A stretch of DNA of 64,000 nucleotides from a virus, in IMG/VR virus record IMGVR_UViG_3300009550_000008; one strand, 5' to 3'. Shown in pieces: positions 1 to 9,429 of this stretch (positions are counted from its first letter, which is position 1; each line of letters begins with the position of its first letter). The notes beneath the pieces are model-generated. The model did not search any database, had not been told where the DNA came from, and saw only the letters and a list, made by a program, of their open reading frames with translations. A program made the translations under genes and the position numbers.

Positions 1-1
1 T

Positions 2-934
2 AAACATAATATTTCATTAAAGAAAGCTGGTGGTTCACAATTAATGTCTGCAAAGAAAGCTGAATTAATATCCACAGTAGAAGCTGCACAGGAAACCTAT
101 GGAAAAGCAAATAAGAAAGAGGTTGAAAATTTAGTCAATATCATGGAAAAGAAAATGGTTACATTGACTGAGAAAGACAGTGTGTCATCTATTGACGATA
201 TGAGAGAAAAGGAAAAACTAACACCCAAAGAAGCAGAACAGATTGCAGAAGTAGATGCAGCTCGTATAGGTGCAAAAGAAGTTGAAAATGAATTCAACAA
301 TGTGTTCTCGTCAGAAAAGTTTATGGGACATTTCTGCTTTGAAGCTGCAACTGGTAATGTAAAATTTAAAGACAACTGGCCAAGTGCAAATGTTGTATGT
401 ACATTTAATCCCGATCAAGCAAAACTGGAGAATGTATTAGTATTAGACTCACCCGAGGGTGCTGGTGTTAAACTTGCAAGAGGAAACTCTTTTTATGTTG
501 CATTTAAATCCACTGCTGGTTCTAAACCTTATCTCTCATTTAGAAGTAAGGCAAAAAGTAAGAAAGCAATGAAATCTGTAGTTAATGAAAGAACAGATTA
601 CCCTGATATACTTCCTTCATTAAGAACAATAATGATTGAAGAATTATCTAAAGGTGGATTACTTACAGAAGAAATGCAACAGTTAGATGAGTTTGCAATG
701 TTAAATAATCTAAAACAACAAGTAAGTGACTTCACAAATAAGGCAAAGAGTGTTATAATGAAGGTATGGAAAGGTATAATTGAGAGACTCAAGAAAGCTT
801 TTGCAATAATCAAGAAATTAGGTGGAAAGGCATTAAGAGCTCTTGCAAGATTTTTTGGTTTTGAAATAGGTAATGTTAGACTTACTAAAACAGGTGGAAT
901 GTATCCAGTAGACACTTTAATATTTAACAAATAA
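2..934 (+). CDS. Hypothetical phage protein, 5'-truncated; possible PD-(D/E)XK-like domain
   Basis: Frame is open from the window edge (KHNISLKKAGGSQLMS...); ISLK resembles the (D/E)xK motif region of nuclease-like proteins in T4-like phages. Confidence 0.5.
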   Translation, partial: KHNISLKKAGGSQLMSAKKAELISTVEAAQETYGKANKKEVENLVNIMEKKMVTLTEKDSVSSIDDMREKEKLTPKEAEQIAEVDAARIGAKEVENEFNNVFSSEKFMGHFCFEAATGNVKFKDNWPSANVVCTFNPDQAKLENVLVLDSPEGAGVKLARGNSFYVAFKSTAGSKPYLSFRSKAKSKKAMKSVVNERTDYPDILPSLRTIMIEELSKGGLLTEEMQQLDEFAMLNNLKQQVSDFTNKAKSVIMKVWKGIIERLKKAFAIIKKLGGKALRALARFFGFEIGNVRLTKTGGMYPVDTLIFNK

Positions 935-937
935 ATT

Positions 938-1552
938 ATGTATCAATTAGTTGAAGAAGCAATGAAGGTTCTCAGAGAACCAACCACAGATTTCGATTTT
1001 GAAAATCCACCCGAAGACCCAAAAGAGATCGAGAAAAACATGGCAGAAGCCATGGAACGATTTGGTGGTCTTGGTCTATCTGCAAACCAGTTAGGTTTAC
1101 CATATCGAGTGTTCGTCATGAGAACTGCAGATAGTGGTACTAGAGCATTCTTTAATCCTGAGATTACAAAGTTATCCAAAGAAACAGATTTAATGAAAGA
1201 AGGGTGCCTTTCTTTCCCCGATATATACTTAATGATAAAGAGACCTTCTGCAATTGAATTAGAATACTCAGATGCAGATGGAGAAAGACATACACTACAA
1301 TTAGAAGGAATGGGTTCTAGATGTGTTCAACACGAACTAGATCATTTAAATGGAATTATATTCCTTCAAAGAGCCTCTAAGTTAAAATTGGAAAGGGCTA
1401 TCAAGTCTAGACCTAAAGAGAGGAGAAAGAGATTAGATTATGAAAAAAGAATGGAAATTGCTAGACAACTCCAAAGTCTACAATCACAAAGTGATTCCGA
1501 TTCTGACGAAGGAAGAGTGCCAGAACCTGATTCAATGGCACAACAGTCATAG
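938..1552 (+). CDS. def: Peptide deformylase
   Basis: All three motifs present: GLGLSANQ, EGCLS, QHELDH. Confidence 0.95.
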   Translation: MYQLVEEAMKVLREPTTDFDFENPPEDPKEIEKNMAEAMERFGGLGLSANQLGLPYRVFVMRTADSGTRAFFNPEITKLSKETDLMKEGCLSFPDIYLMIKRPSAIELEYSDADGERHTLQLEGMGSRCVQHELDHLNGIIFLQRASKLKLERAIKSRPKERRKRLDYEKRMEIARQLQSLQSQSDSDSDEGRVPEPDSMAQQS

Positions 1553-2207
1553 ACATTTAGAAAAAGTCGGTTCACTAATAGATTATTGGGGCATCAGAAA
1601 GATGCATATCAAGAATGAGTACATTCGTCTCTTATTCCAAAAAGTCCAAAATCACTGTATAAGTGAAATCTACAATGCAACGGGACAAGTTTTCCATACT
1701 GAAATGGCAACTATGACTCGATGGCATATTGGTGGAGTACAAGACCCACACTTGGATACACTATCTAATGATGAGGTTCGAGAAGACCCTAATATCGAAA
1801 CAAAGGTTGCCTCAGGTGAGAAGTCACCATCTAGAGAATGGACAGTGATTGTATATTTAAATGATGATTACAATGGTGGTGAAACATATTTTCCACCTAC
1901 AGATTATTATCCATTTGGACACCAAGTCGAACCCGAGGTAGGTAGTGGATTTCTATTCCAAGGTATCTATCATGGCCATGGAGTATTCAAAGTTCGAAGA
2001 GCTCCAAGACACACCATTGCATGTTGGTTCACAGCTGACATCGATAAAGCTATGACAGAAAGACCCGTTGAAGATTTAGAACACAACGAGATCACTATCA
2101 GACAATTCTTAGACTATCAAGTCCAAGGTGGGTTATATAATACCGAAGACCTATCTAAAGACCCTGAAAGATGGGCAGAATATAAAAGATTATCTAAAAT
2201 CTCTTAA
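1440..2207 (+). CDS. 2OG-Fe(II) oxygenase (prolyl-hydroxylase-like)
   Basis: HLD ... IVYLNDDYNGGETYF ... HGV ... R-x-T; overlaps the 3' end of def by 113 nt. Confidence 0.85.
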   Translation: MKKEWKLLDNSKVYNHKVIPILTKEECQNLIQWHNSHRHLEKVGSLIDYWGIRKMHIKNEYIRLLFQKVQNHCISEIYNATGQVFHTEMATMTRWHIGGVQDPHLDTLSNDEVREDPNIETKVASGEKSPSREWTVIVYLNDDYNGGETYFPPTDYYPFGHQVEPEVGSGFLFQGIYHGHGVFKVRRAPRHTIACWFTADIDKAMTERPVEDLEHNEITIRQFLDYQVQGGLYNTEDLSKDPERWAEYKRLSKIS

Positions 2208-2216
2208 TCCCTATTA

Positions 2217-2293
2217 CTCCGTGTAGCTCAACTGGATAGAGCAACGGCCTTCTAAGCCGTAGGTTAGAGGTTCGAGTCCTCTCACGGAGGCCA
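2217..2293 (+). tRNA. tRNA-Arg (anticodon TCT)
   Basis: Acceptor CTCCGTG/CACGGAG, anticodon arm ACGGC-CT TCT AA-GCCGT, GGTTCGAGTCC T-arm, encoded CCA. Confidence 0.96.
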
Positions 2294-2302
2294 AATCAAG
2301 CC

Positions 2303-2332
2303 TTGACAATGCCTCAAGCTTTTTCATATAAT
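2303..2332 (+). promoter_or_regulatory. Sigma70-type early promoter
   Basis: (GCC)TTGACA-18 bp-TATAAT. Confidence 0.8.
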
Positions 2333-2361
2333 ATACTATCAACTAAAGAAATGGAGGAAAT

Positions 2362-2586
2362 ATGAGTCACTTTGGAAATGATATGATTGCAGATGACATT
2401 GCACAACATGTTTCTTTACTTGACGATATAGATGTGGTAAAAGCATTGAATGACAAAAATGTCAGTAAAGTAAGCAAATTCACTGGTGATAGTGTACATG
2501 GTGCAAACATCATAGATTATGCAAGAACAATATTGATCGACCAATTATGGGACGATGCAATGAGTGCCCCGTCACCACACGGCTAA
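2362..2586 (+). CDS. Hypothetical protein
   Basis: ORF with GGAGG RBS downstream of the early promoter. Confidence 0.75.
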   Translation: MSHFGNDMIADDIAQHVSLLDDIDVVKALNDKNVSKVSKFTGDSVHGANIIDYARTILIDQLWDDAMSAPSPHG

Positions 2587-2593
2587 TCAGGCC

Positions 2594-2623
2594 TTGACAA
2601 TGCCTACAGCTTTTTGAGATAAT
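2594..2623 (+). promoter_or_regulatory. Sigma70-type early promoter
   Basis: GGCCTTGACAATGCC, TTGACA-18 bp-(TGA)GATAAT; ATG follows 6 nt later. Confidence 0.75.
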
Positions 2624-2629
2624 ATACAT

Positions 2630-5047
2630 ATGGAATCAAAAATCAGAACACAAAAAGACAACCTTGCAAAATTAATGGCAGGGGAAAACTTAACAGTTGT
2701 GCATAGGAAAACTCCTACTGCATACTTTGATCTTAAGAATAGGTTACTTTGTTGCCCTATTTTCAAAGATGATATCTCTTCTGAACTCTATGATCTATTC
2801 ATGGGTCACGAAGTTGGTCATGCATTATGGACTCCATATGAAGGTGTTCACTCAGCAGTGACTAAAAACAGAACTCTTAAAGGATATCTTAATGTTGTAG
2901 AAGATGTCAGGATTGAGAAGAATATCAGAGAGAAGTATGCTGGATTGAGAAGGTCTTTCTTCACTGCATATAATGAATTGATGGAAATGGATTTCTTTGG
3001 AGTTAAAGATAGAAACCTCCAAGAACTTTCCTTGATCGACAAGATCAACCTTATCACTAAATGTGGTTCTAGAATCAACATCAAACTTTCTAAAGAAGAA
3101 CAATTCTTCCTTGATTGGTCAATGAAGTGTGCATCTTGGGATGAGGTTGAAGAATGTGCCACAGCAATATATGAGTGGTCAAAAGAAAACGAGACAAGAA
3201 CTGAGGAAGATGAAAAATTGATTCCTCAAATGTTTGACATCGGTGATGAAGAAGAGGGTGATGAAGATGATGAAGAATCTCAGGACGGCGAGTCTTGGGA
3301 TGAAGAATCTCAGGAATCAGAAGAAACTGAGGGTGATAATCTTCCTGAGTTAGAAGATGATGAATCAAAAGGTGGTGACCAAGAATCTGAGGATGGTGAA
3401 GAGGAAGAGTCAGAAGAAGAGTCAGAAGAAGCTAAGAAAAAAGTTGGTGGTACTGGTTCTAGTGAAGATGTAAAACCCGAAGATTTCGATGATGAAGATG
3501 GTGCAAGGGAATCAATCACTGAACACAATGCACATAACAACGAAGAGCAATTTGTTTCTGAGACTAACATGATTAGAACTCAGTGTGATCTTTCAATCAA
3601 AGATTTCGACAAGTATTGTTCTGACACTCTTTACGACTACAAATTGGTTCTTGATGATTGGAGAGAGTATTACTCAAACCCTGAATCGTTTGCAGTAAAA
3701 TACTACAGTGAGAAGATTGCAAAAACTCAGAAGATGGGTGTTCACACTTTCAAGAAGATCGAAAGTAAAAACAAAGCAATCGTCAATCACATGGCAAAAG
3801 AATTTGAAATGAGACAAACTGCTCTTTCATCGAAACATGCATTCAGTGGTAAGACTGGTAAGTTGGATATGAACAGACTTGCAAAGTATCAGATTGTTGA
3901 TGATGTTTTCAAAAGAGTTACTTATCTTCCTGATGGGAAGAACCACGGTGTCAACATCATGATCGATTGGAGTGGTTCGATCAACAACGAAGTTCAAGAC
4001 CTCCTAGAACAAGCAATGATTCTTACAATGTTCTGCAGAAAAGTTTCGATTCCTCACAGAGTCTACTTGTTCTCAGATAACATATCGAAGAAAAGAGAAG
4101 TTGATTCTGATGATAGCTACTGGAGAAACAGAGAAGGATTCTTGGTTGAGATTTTCTCTAACGAACAGAATGCAAAAGAGTACAAAGAAATGATGCAGTA
4201 TGTCTGCACACTTTGGAACCACTACTTTGTTGACAATATCAGATACGGTGGTGGTAGACACTTCCATAAGAAACTTGAAGCTCACAATGACTGGTTCGAA
4301 GGTGTTGATTACTACGACCCTGACCAAGGACATTGGATTGATGTTGACCAAGTCTTATTCCCTGAACACAAATACAGATTAGGTGGTACACCACTTGATG
4401 CAACTATCGTTGCCATGAGAGGATTACTTCCTAAGTTCAACAAAGCTTACAATGTCGAGAAATCAATCTTGACTGTAATCACTGATGGTTATTCTCATTC
4501 TGCAAACATCCTTCAAATGGATGATGCTGAGAGAAAAGAACAGCAAGACCAAATGGGTGATGATGAATATGGTTACAGAGCTACGAAGGAAAGAGATATC
4601 ATCGACCCAATAAACAAAAGAGTCTACAAGTTTGAAGAATCAACTAACAGATACAGAGAAAATTTCAGAATGACTCAGAACTTACTTCAATGGGTTTCTG
4701 ATACTACTGGAGTTACGGTTACTGGATACTTTGTTTGTGGTAGAAAAGGTGATATGACTGACTTACTATCTTGTATCGGTCATGAATCAACTCACAACTA
4801 TGACCACATAATGCAAAATGAAATGTGGAAACAAGCAAGAAATAACGGTTTGGTTCTCGAAACTGTCGGGTACAACAAATTGTTCTTGACTGCAGCGACA
4901 AACATCGGGACAGCTGGTGAAGATACTTTGGACGATGAATTGGTCGGTGCAAAGAAATCCACAATCATGTCAAGATTTAAAAAGAATCAGAAGAACAAAT
5001 CAACTTCTAGATTCTTAACTAACGAATTCATAAAGGAGATAGCATAA
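2630..5047 (+). CDS. CobT-like protein: HEXXH metallopeptidase-like N-terminus, acidic linker, vWA domain (partner of the CobS-like ATPase)
   Basis: HEVGH and NVVEDVRIE; D/E-rich linker; MIDAS DWSGS, GGTPL, ITDG. Confidence 0.85.
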   Translation: MESKIRTQKDNLAKLMAGENLTVVHRKTPTAYFDLKNRLLCCPIFKDDISSELYDLFMGHEVGHALWTPYEGVHSAVTKNRTLKGYLNVVEDVRIEKNIREKYAGLRRSFFTAYNELMEMDFFGVKDRNLQELSLIDKINLITKCGSRINIKLSKEEQFFLDWSMKCASWDEVEECATAIYEWSKENETRTEEDEKLIPQMFDIGDEEEGDEDDEESQDGESWDEESQESEETEGDNLPELEDDESKGGDQESEDGEEEESEEESEEAKKKVGGTGSSEDVKPEDFDDEDGARESITEHNAHNNEEQFVSETNMIRTQCDLSIKDFDKYCSDTLYDYKLVLDDWREYYSNPESFAVKYYSEKIAKTQKMGVHTFKKIESKNKAIVNHMAKEFEMRQTALSSKHAFSGKTGKLDMNRLAKYQIVDDVFKRVTYLPDGKNHGVNIMIDWSGSINNEVQDLLEQAMILTMFCRKVSIPHRVYLFSDNISKKREVDSDDSYWRNREGFLVEIFSNEQNAKEYKEMMQYVCTLWNHYFVDNIRYGGGRHFHKKLEAHNDWFEGVDYYDPDQGHWIDVDQVLFPEHKYRLGGTPLDATIVAMRGLLPKFNKAYNVEKSILTVITDGYSHSANILQMDDAERKEQQDQMGDDEYGYRATKERDIIDPINKRVYKFEESTNRYRENFRMTQNLLQWVSDTTGVTVTGYFVCGRKGDMTDLLSCIGHESTHNYDHIMQNEMWKQARNNGLVLETVGYNKLFLTAATNIGTAGEDTLDDELVGAKKSTIMSRFKKNQKNKSTSRFLTNEFIKEIA

Positions 5048-5268
5048 TGAATGAAATGGATGCCATTACAATGGTAGAAAAAATAGAAGTGGACGGCACC
5101 ACATTTAATGTCGAGGAATATTTTGAAGTCCTAGAGAACTTACGAAGTTCAGGGAAGATCAATATGTTTGGAGCTCCAAGATGGTTGGAAAACAATTTTG
5201 GGTTAAGTAAAAATCAAGCACGATTAGTGTTTATGAAATGGTCGGAGACATACAATGCCACATCTTAA
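5047..5268 (+). CDS. Hypothetical protein
   Basis: Coupled ORF (TAATG); LRSSGKINMFGA motif. Confidence 0.7.
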   Translation: MNEMDAITMVEKIEVDGTTFNVEEYFEVLENLRSSGKINMFGAPRWLENNFGLSKNQARLVFMKWSETYNATS

Positions 5269-5524
5269 AGTAGACCCAGCATATTATGAAAGAATACCAA
5301 CAACAGACTACAGTAAATTCGCTGATGCAATTAATGATGTTGGCCCTGCACCTTGCACTTTTCATAATTGTGAACGATACGATCACTGTAAGGAAAAGAA
5401 GGTTGAATGTTTTGCATTCAGAGCATGGGTTAATAATGGTGAGAAATATCTCACTCAAAAGAATGCAAAAGGTGAGGTTAAATGCTTAAACAAAATGGGG
5501 AGATTACTTGAACCAGTTAAATAA
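5255..5524 (+). CDS. Hypothetical Cys-rich protein
   Basis: PCxxxxCxxxxxC...C; GGAG RBS. Confidence 0.65.
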   Translation: MPHLKVDPAYYERIPTTDYSKFADAINDVGPAPCTFHNCERYDHCKEKKVECFAFRAWVNNGEKYLTQKNAKGEVKCLNKMGRLLEPVK

Positions 5525-5529
5525 TGGCC

Positions 5530-5559
5530 TTGACAATGCCCCTGGCTTTTTGAGATAAT
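5530..5559 (+). promoter_or_regulatory. Sigma70-type early promoter
   Basis: GGCCTTGACAATGCC, TTGACA-18 bp-(TGA)GATAAT. Confidence 0.75.
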
Positions 5560-5565
5560 AGCTAC

Positions 5566-6864
5566 ATGATGAGAAATAAAGTTAATACAGGAGAGACTAT
5601 GACTGATAAAACTATTTCGGTAAATGGTAAGGATTTTACCATTACACCCGATAAAAGTGAGGTACTGGATACCCTCATAAAATCGTATCCTAATCAGACT
5701 GCCTTTACTAGGGCAGAGATCAAAGAAGCACTTGATGGATATCTTCCATATTGGATTAAATCCTCAAGGTTTCCATTTAAAGAACCTAATCCCGAGGGTG
5801 GAGTTATCTTCAACCTTGAACAGGTTGTTAATGGATACAACGGTGGTTATTCTCACGGTGGTGAGACTCCAGTGGTTGTGACCCCAACGGTTGCACCAGT
5901 GGCTGCAAAAGCAGTTCCATCTAACATGCCAGTTGCAGCTGCAACTGAGTCTGTTAATCTTCTCGATGGTGATGTCAAAATCATTCCTGAGAAGATGTCA
6001 AACTATGTGCCGTTTGGTCATTTCAAGGATGTCAAGAACATCATCAAGTCTAAGATTTTCTTCCCAGTTTTCGTAACTGGTCTTTCAGGAAATGGTAAGA
6101 CTTTGATGATCGAACAAACTTGTGCCCAATTGAAGAGAGAACTCTACAGGGTCAACATCACTATCGAAACTGATGAAGATGATTTGATGGGTGGTCATAC
6201 TCTAGTCAATGGTAACATTGTTTTCAGAGAAGGCCCAGTGGTCAAAGCAATGAGGAAAGGAGCTGTCCTTCTTCTTGATGAAGTTGACTTGGGTTCTAAC
6301 AAATTGATGTGTTTACAATCAGTTCTTGAAGGTAAAGGTTACCTAATCAAGAAAACTGGTGAGTGGGTGAGTCCTAAAGAAGGTTTCACTATCCTTGCTA
6401 CTGCAAACACAAAAGGTCAAGGTTCTGAGGATGGTAAGTTCATCGGGACTCAGATCATGAACGAAGCAATGCTTGAAAGGTTTGCAATTACGATGCAACA
6501 AGAATATCCTCCAGTGAAAACTGAGAGATCGATTCTTAAAAAAGAAATGGGATTGACTGGTGAAGTTGATGATGATTTCTGTGAGAAACTTGTTGACTGG
6601 GCTGACATAATCAGGAAGACTTTCTACGAAGGTGGGATTGATGATGTCGTGACTACTAGAAGGTTGGTTCACATTGTGAATGCTTTCAGAATGTTCAAAG
6701 ACAAAATGAAGTCTATTGAAATGTGCATTTCAAGATTCGATGAAGAGACTAGGAATTCAATCCTTGATCTCTACACCAAAGTGGACGATGGTGTCCACTT
6801 GGAAGAGTCTTCTGAGACATTCACGGAAGAGGTTAACTTTGAGAGTGATGAGAATGACTACTAA
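5566..6864 (+). CDS. cobS: CobS/MoxR-like AAA+ ATPase (alternative start 5599)
   Basis: Walker A GLSGNGKT, Walker B LLLDE, ATANTKGQG, LERF; typical of T4-like marine phages. Confidence 0.92.
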   Translation: MMRNKVNTGETMTDKTISVNGKDFTITPDKSEVLDTLIKSYPNQTAFTRAEIKEALDGYLPYWIKSSRFPFKEPNPEGGVIFNLEQVVNGYNGGYSHGGETPVVVTPTVAPVAAKAVPSNMPVAAATESVNLLDGDVKIIPEKMSNYVPFGHFKDVKNIIKSKIFFPVFVTGLSGNGKTLMIEQTCAQLKRELYRVNITIETDEDDLMGGHTLVNGNIVFREGPVVKAMRKGAVLLLDEVDLGSNKLMCLQSVLEGKGYLIKKTGEWVSPKEGFTILATANTKGQGSEDGKFIGTQIMNEAMLERFAITMQQEYPPVKTERSILKKEMGLTGEVDDDFCEKLVDWADIIRKTFYEGGIDDVVTTRRLVHIVNAFRMFKDKMKSIEMCISRFDEETRNSILDLYTKVDDGVHLEESSETFTEEVNFESDENDY

Positions 6865-7813
6865 GAAACCAGTCAATCTATTGAAAGGGGAACAATCACA
6901 GTTCCCCGTTCAGGTTGTGCCTGGCATGAGAGTTCTCAGATATGACTATGTCAGATTAGTTGACATCAATGCAACCAATCAGAACTGGGGTAGAATCAGT
7001 GGTGTTACAACAGCTGGTAGGGATGGAATCAGGAGAATGATTCAGGATGGAACATACTTACCTCAACACTTTGAACCACCAGTGATAGATCAGGATGGTA
7101 ATCTTATCGCTGGAAAGCACAGGTTCGATGCACATGACGCTGAAGGTGAAGAATACATGTGGGTTGCAGTTTGTGAATTCGATGATGATGATGCAAGAAA
7201 TACATATGCAAATGATGAGAATATGAGAAACACCTTCAAGACTATGCAGACGCCTGAAGATTTCATTTTTGCACATGCACAAATTGTTAAGAGAGGAGAC
7301 AAAGTAGCTAAAACTAAGAATGCAGTTAGTAATTACATCAAGAGAAATTATCCACAACTCCCTATGAATTATCCAAGTAGGTCAAAACTTGCCGAAGAGA
7401 TATTGATTACAGCTGGAGTTGATTTTGTACCGATTGAAATTATGACTGATGAGAAAATCATTTCTGAGTATTATGAAGAGTATGGAATCGATATTGTCGA
7501 AGACCCTTCTTGCATTTTAAAGAAATTAACTGGTGCAAAGGATTTAAAAAGGTCAGATAGATGGGCAAGACTTATGAGAGATTTGACTGATGGTATTTCA
7601 ACTGGTGTTAACTATACAGTTATCACTACATTTACTGGTGCAAACTCTGAGTCAATTCCTGAACTCAGGAAAACTTGTTTAGAGTTCTATGATGATATGA
7701 TCGAGAATGCAAAGAAGTTAATCACTGGACAAGCAAGAAAGAAATTAGGAAGTGTTAGCTTTATTTTCACTAAGCAACTTCCCGAAGATGAGGTGTTCAA
7801 TGAGATTAACTGA
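6848..7813 (+). CDS. ParB/Sulfiredoxin-like domain protein
   Basis: PPVIDQDGNLIAGKHRFDA resembles the ParB/Srx GxHR motif. Confidence 0.6.
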   Translation: MRMTTKKPVNLLKGEQSQFPVQVVPGMRVLRYDYVRLVDINATNQNWGRISGVTTAGRDGIRRMIQDGTYLPQHFEPPVIDQDGNLIAGKHRFDAHDAEGEEYMWVAVCEFDDDDARNTYANDENMRNTFKTMQTPEDFIFAHAQIVKRGDKVAKTKNAVSNYIKRNYPQLPMNYPSRSKLAEEILITAGVDFVPIEIMTDEKIISEYYEEYGIDIVEDPSCILKKLTGAKDLKRSDRWARLMRDLTDGISTGVNYTVITTFTGANSESIPELRKTCLEFYDDMIENAKKLITGQARKKLGSVSFIFTKQLPEDEVFNEIN

Positions 7814-8351
7814 GAAGAAAGAATCTAAGTGTAAGGTAACCTATAATGGTTTGGCTGGTTGCATGAACGCTGGTCTTTGGGATTTATCCATCTATAAGAG
7901 AGATATGACTAGAATATTTTATGAAGGTGTATCAGGTCTTAGAACTGGATGGGAAAGTAAAGCTGCACAGGACATGAAGATGAATGATAAGAATTTTAAA
8001 CCAACATTCGATCATGTACTTGCACCACAAACTACAGCATATTTTATTTGTGATAACTGGGATAGGTTTCAAGACTTCGAAGAATTCAGAAAGATTTATT
8101 TGATTGCATCACAGGTATGTGCTGTAACTTCATATGAAAATAATGAACTAAAGAAATGGACTGGTAAGGATTCTTCTCAGGTTCTTTGTCCTATCAATGA
8201 GAGATACGATAGATGTGGTATCAGGTTATATCATAAGAATGTTGGATGGAATGATACACATTTAGAAACACCATTTCACTATCCATTTGAAGTTCCCGAG
8301 GGTTATTTGGAATATGAAGCAAAAACCCTATTGCAAGAACAGGAGGCATAG
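7800..8351 (+). CDS. Hypothetical protein, possible HNH-like
   Basis: GAGG RBS; TFDHVLAPQ ... ENN. Confidence 0.55.
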   Translation: MRLTEKKESKCKVTYNGLAGCMNAGLWDLSIYKRDMTRIFYEGVSGLRTGWESKAAQDMKMNDKNFKPTFDHVLAPQTTAYFICDNWDRFQDFEEFRKIYLIASQVCAVTSYENNELKKWTGKDSSQVLCPINERYDRCGIRLYHKNVGWNDTHLETPFHYPFEVPEGYLEYEAKTLLQEQEA

Positions 8352-8357
8352 AGTATA

Positions 8358-8663
8358 ATGAAATCAATGTCTATAAATTACAAATATAACGAACACGAAT
8401 TGATAAAACAATTCAGTGAGTATGTTGATAAGACATATGAACAACACTATTCAAAAGATAAGTTTCAGGCAACTGAGTTTATCATGGATGGTGGTCACGG
8501 AGAGGGATTCTGTATTGGAAACATTCTTAAGTATGCCCAAAGGTATGGTAAGAAGGATGGTTACAATAGAGCAGACTTATTTAAAGTCATTCACTATGGA
8601 TTCCTTGCATTATATAATCACGACACACACATAATGGAGGCTGAAAGTGATGAAAATAAGTAA
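8358..8663 (+). CDS. Conserved phage protein (DUF3310-like)
   Basis: HY ... GFCIGNILKYAQRYGKK ... DLFKVIHY. Confidence 0.75.
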   Translation: MKSMSINYKYNEHELIKQFSEYVDKTYEQHYSKDKFQATEFIMDGGHGEGFCIGNILKYAQRYGKKDGYNRADLFKVIHYGFLALYNHDTHIMEAESDENK

Positions 8664-9315
8664 TGATACGAGAAATGTCTTAAAAAATTTCTCAACAATT
8701 AATTCGGGAATCCGAGTTAAAGCTGGAAACAAGGTTGAAACCATTTCCAATATGAAGAATATTCTTGCAGTTGCAACGGTTGATGAATCGTTCCCTCAAG
8801 ATTTTAGTATATACAACTTGCCCGAGTTCTTAGGTGCAACATCTTTGTTGTCTGACCCTGAGTTTACATTCGGTGATGCAAGTTTAACCGTTGCAGATGA
8901 TAACTCAAGTCTTGCATATTTTTATGCAAGTGAAGGTATGGTTACTGCACCTGATAAAATGATTACAATGCCTGATGCAGAAATCAACATTGAAATCAGT
9001 TCTACACTTCTTTCTGAATTACAGAAAGCTGCAAGTGTTCTAGGTGTTAATGATCTTATTCTATCATCAGATGGTAATACTATCAAACTAGAAGTGACTG
9101 ATAAGAAGAATCCAACTTCAAACACATTCTCAAGAATCGTGGGTGAAGGGAATGGTTCTACATTCACTATGAACTTCAAGATTGAGAATCTTAAAGTTCT
9201 CGATGGTAACTATAGAGTTGCTGTGTCTTCTAAAGGTATCTCTCACTTTGTGAATACAGATATCGATTTAGAATATTTTATTGCATTGGAGCCTGACAGT
9301 AATTACAATGCTTAA
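8650..9315 (+). CDS. 45: Sliding clamp (T4 gp45)
   Basis: LKNFSTIN, IYNLPEFLG, YFIALE; synteny with gp44/gp62/regA. Confidence 0.93.
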   Translation: MKISNDTRNVLKNFSTINSGIRVKAGNKVETISNMKNILAVATVDESFPQDFSIYNLPEFLGATSLLSDPEFTFGDASLTVADDNSSLAYFYASEGMVTAPDKMITMPDAEINIEISSTLLSELQKAASVLGVNDLILSSDGNTIKLEVTDKKNPTSNTFSRIVGEGNGSTFTMNFKIENLKVLDGNYRVAVSSKGISHFVNTDIDLEYFIALEPDSNYNA

Positions 9316-9429
9316 CCTATATATTAGTGTAAGTATTGTGCCAGTCTCTGCAATGCATACGGGAGTTATCCAATCTCATCAATCTTCAAGGGTGGATAGC
9401 ACTGTTAATTCGGAGGGGTTTTAACATCC

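Noticed and set aside
3240-3500. GAAGAATCTCAGGA-type short repeats
   Set aside because: Low-complexity acidic linker coding sequence, not an independent repeat element.
2630-6864. CobS/CobT as cobalamin biosynthesis auxiliary genes
   Set aside because: No other cob genes; a MoxR-type AAA+/vWA pair is common in T4-like phages and is more likely a chaperone module.
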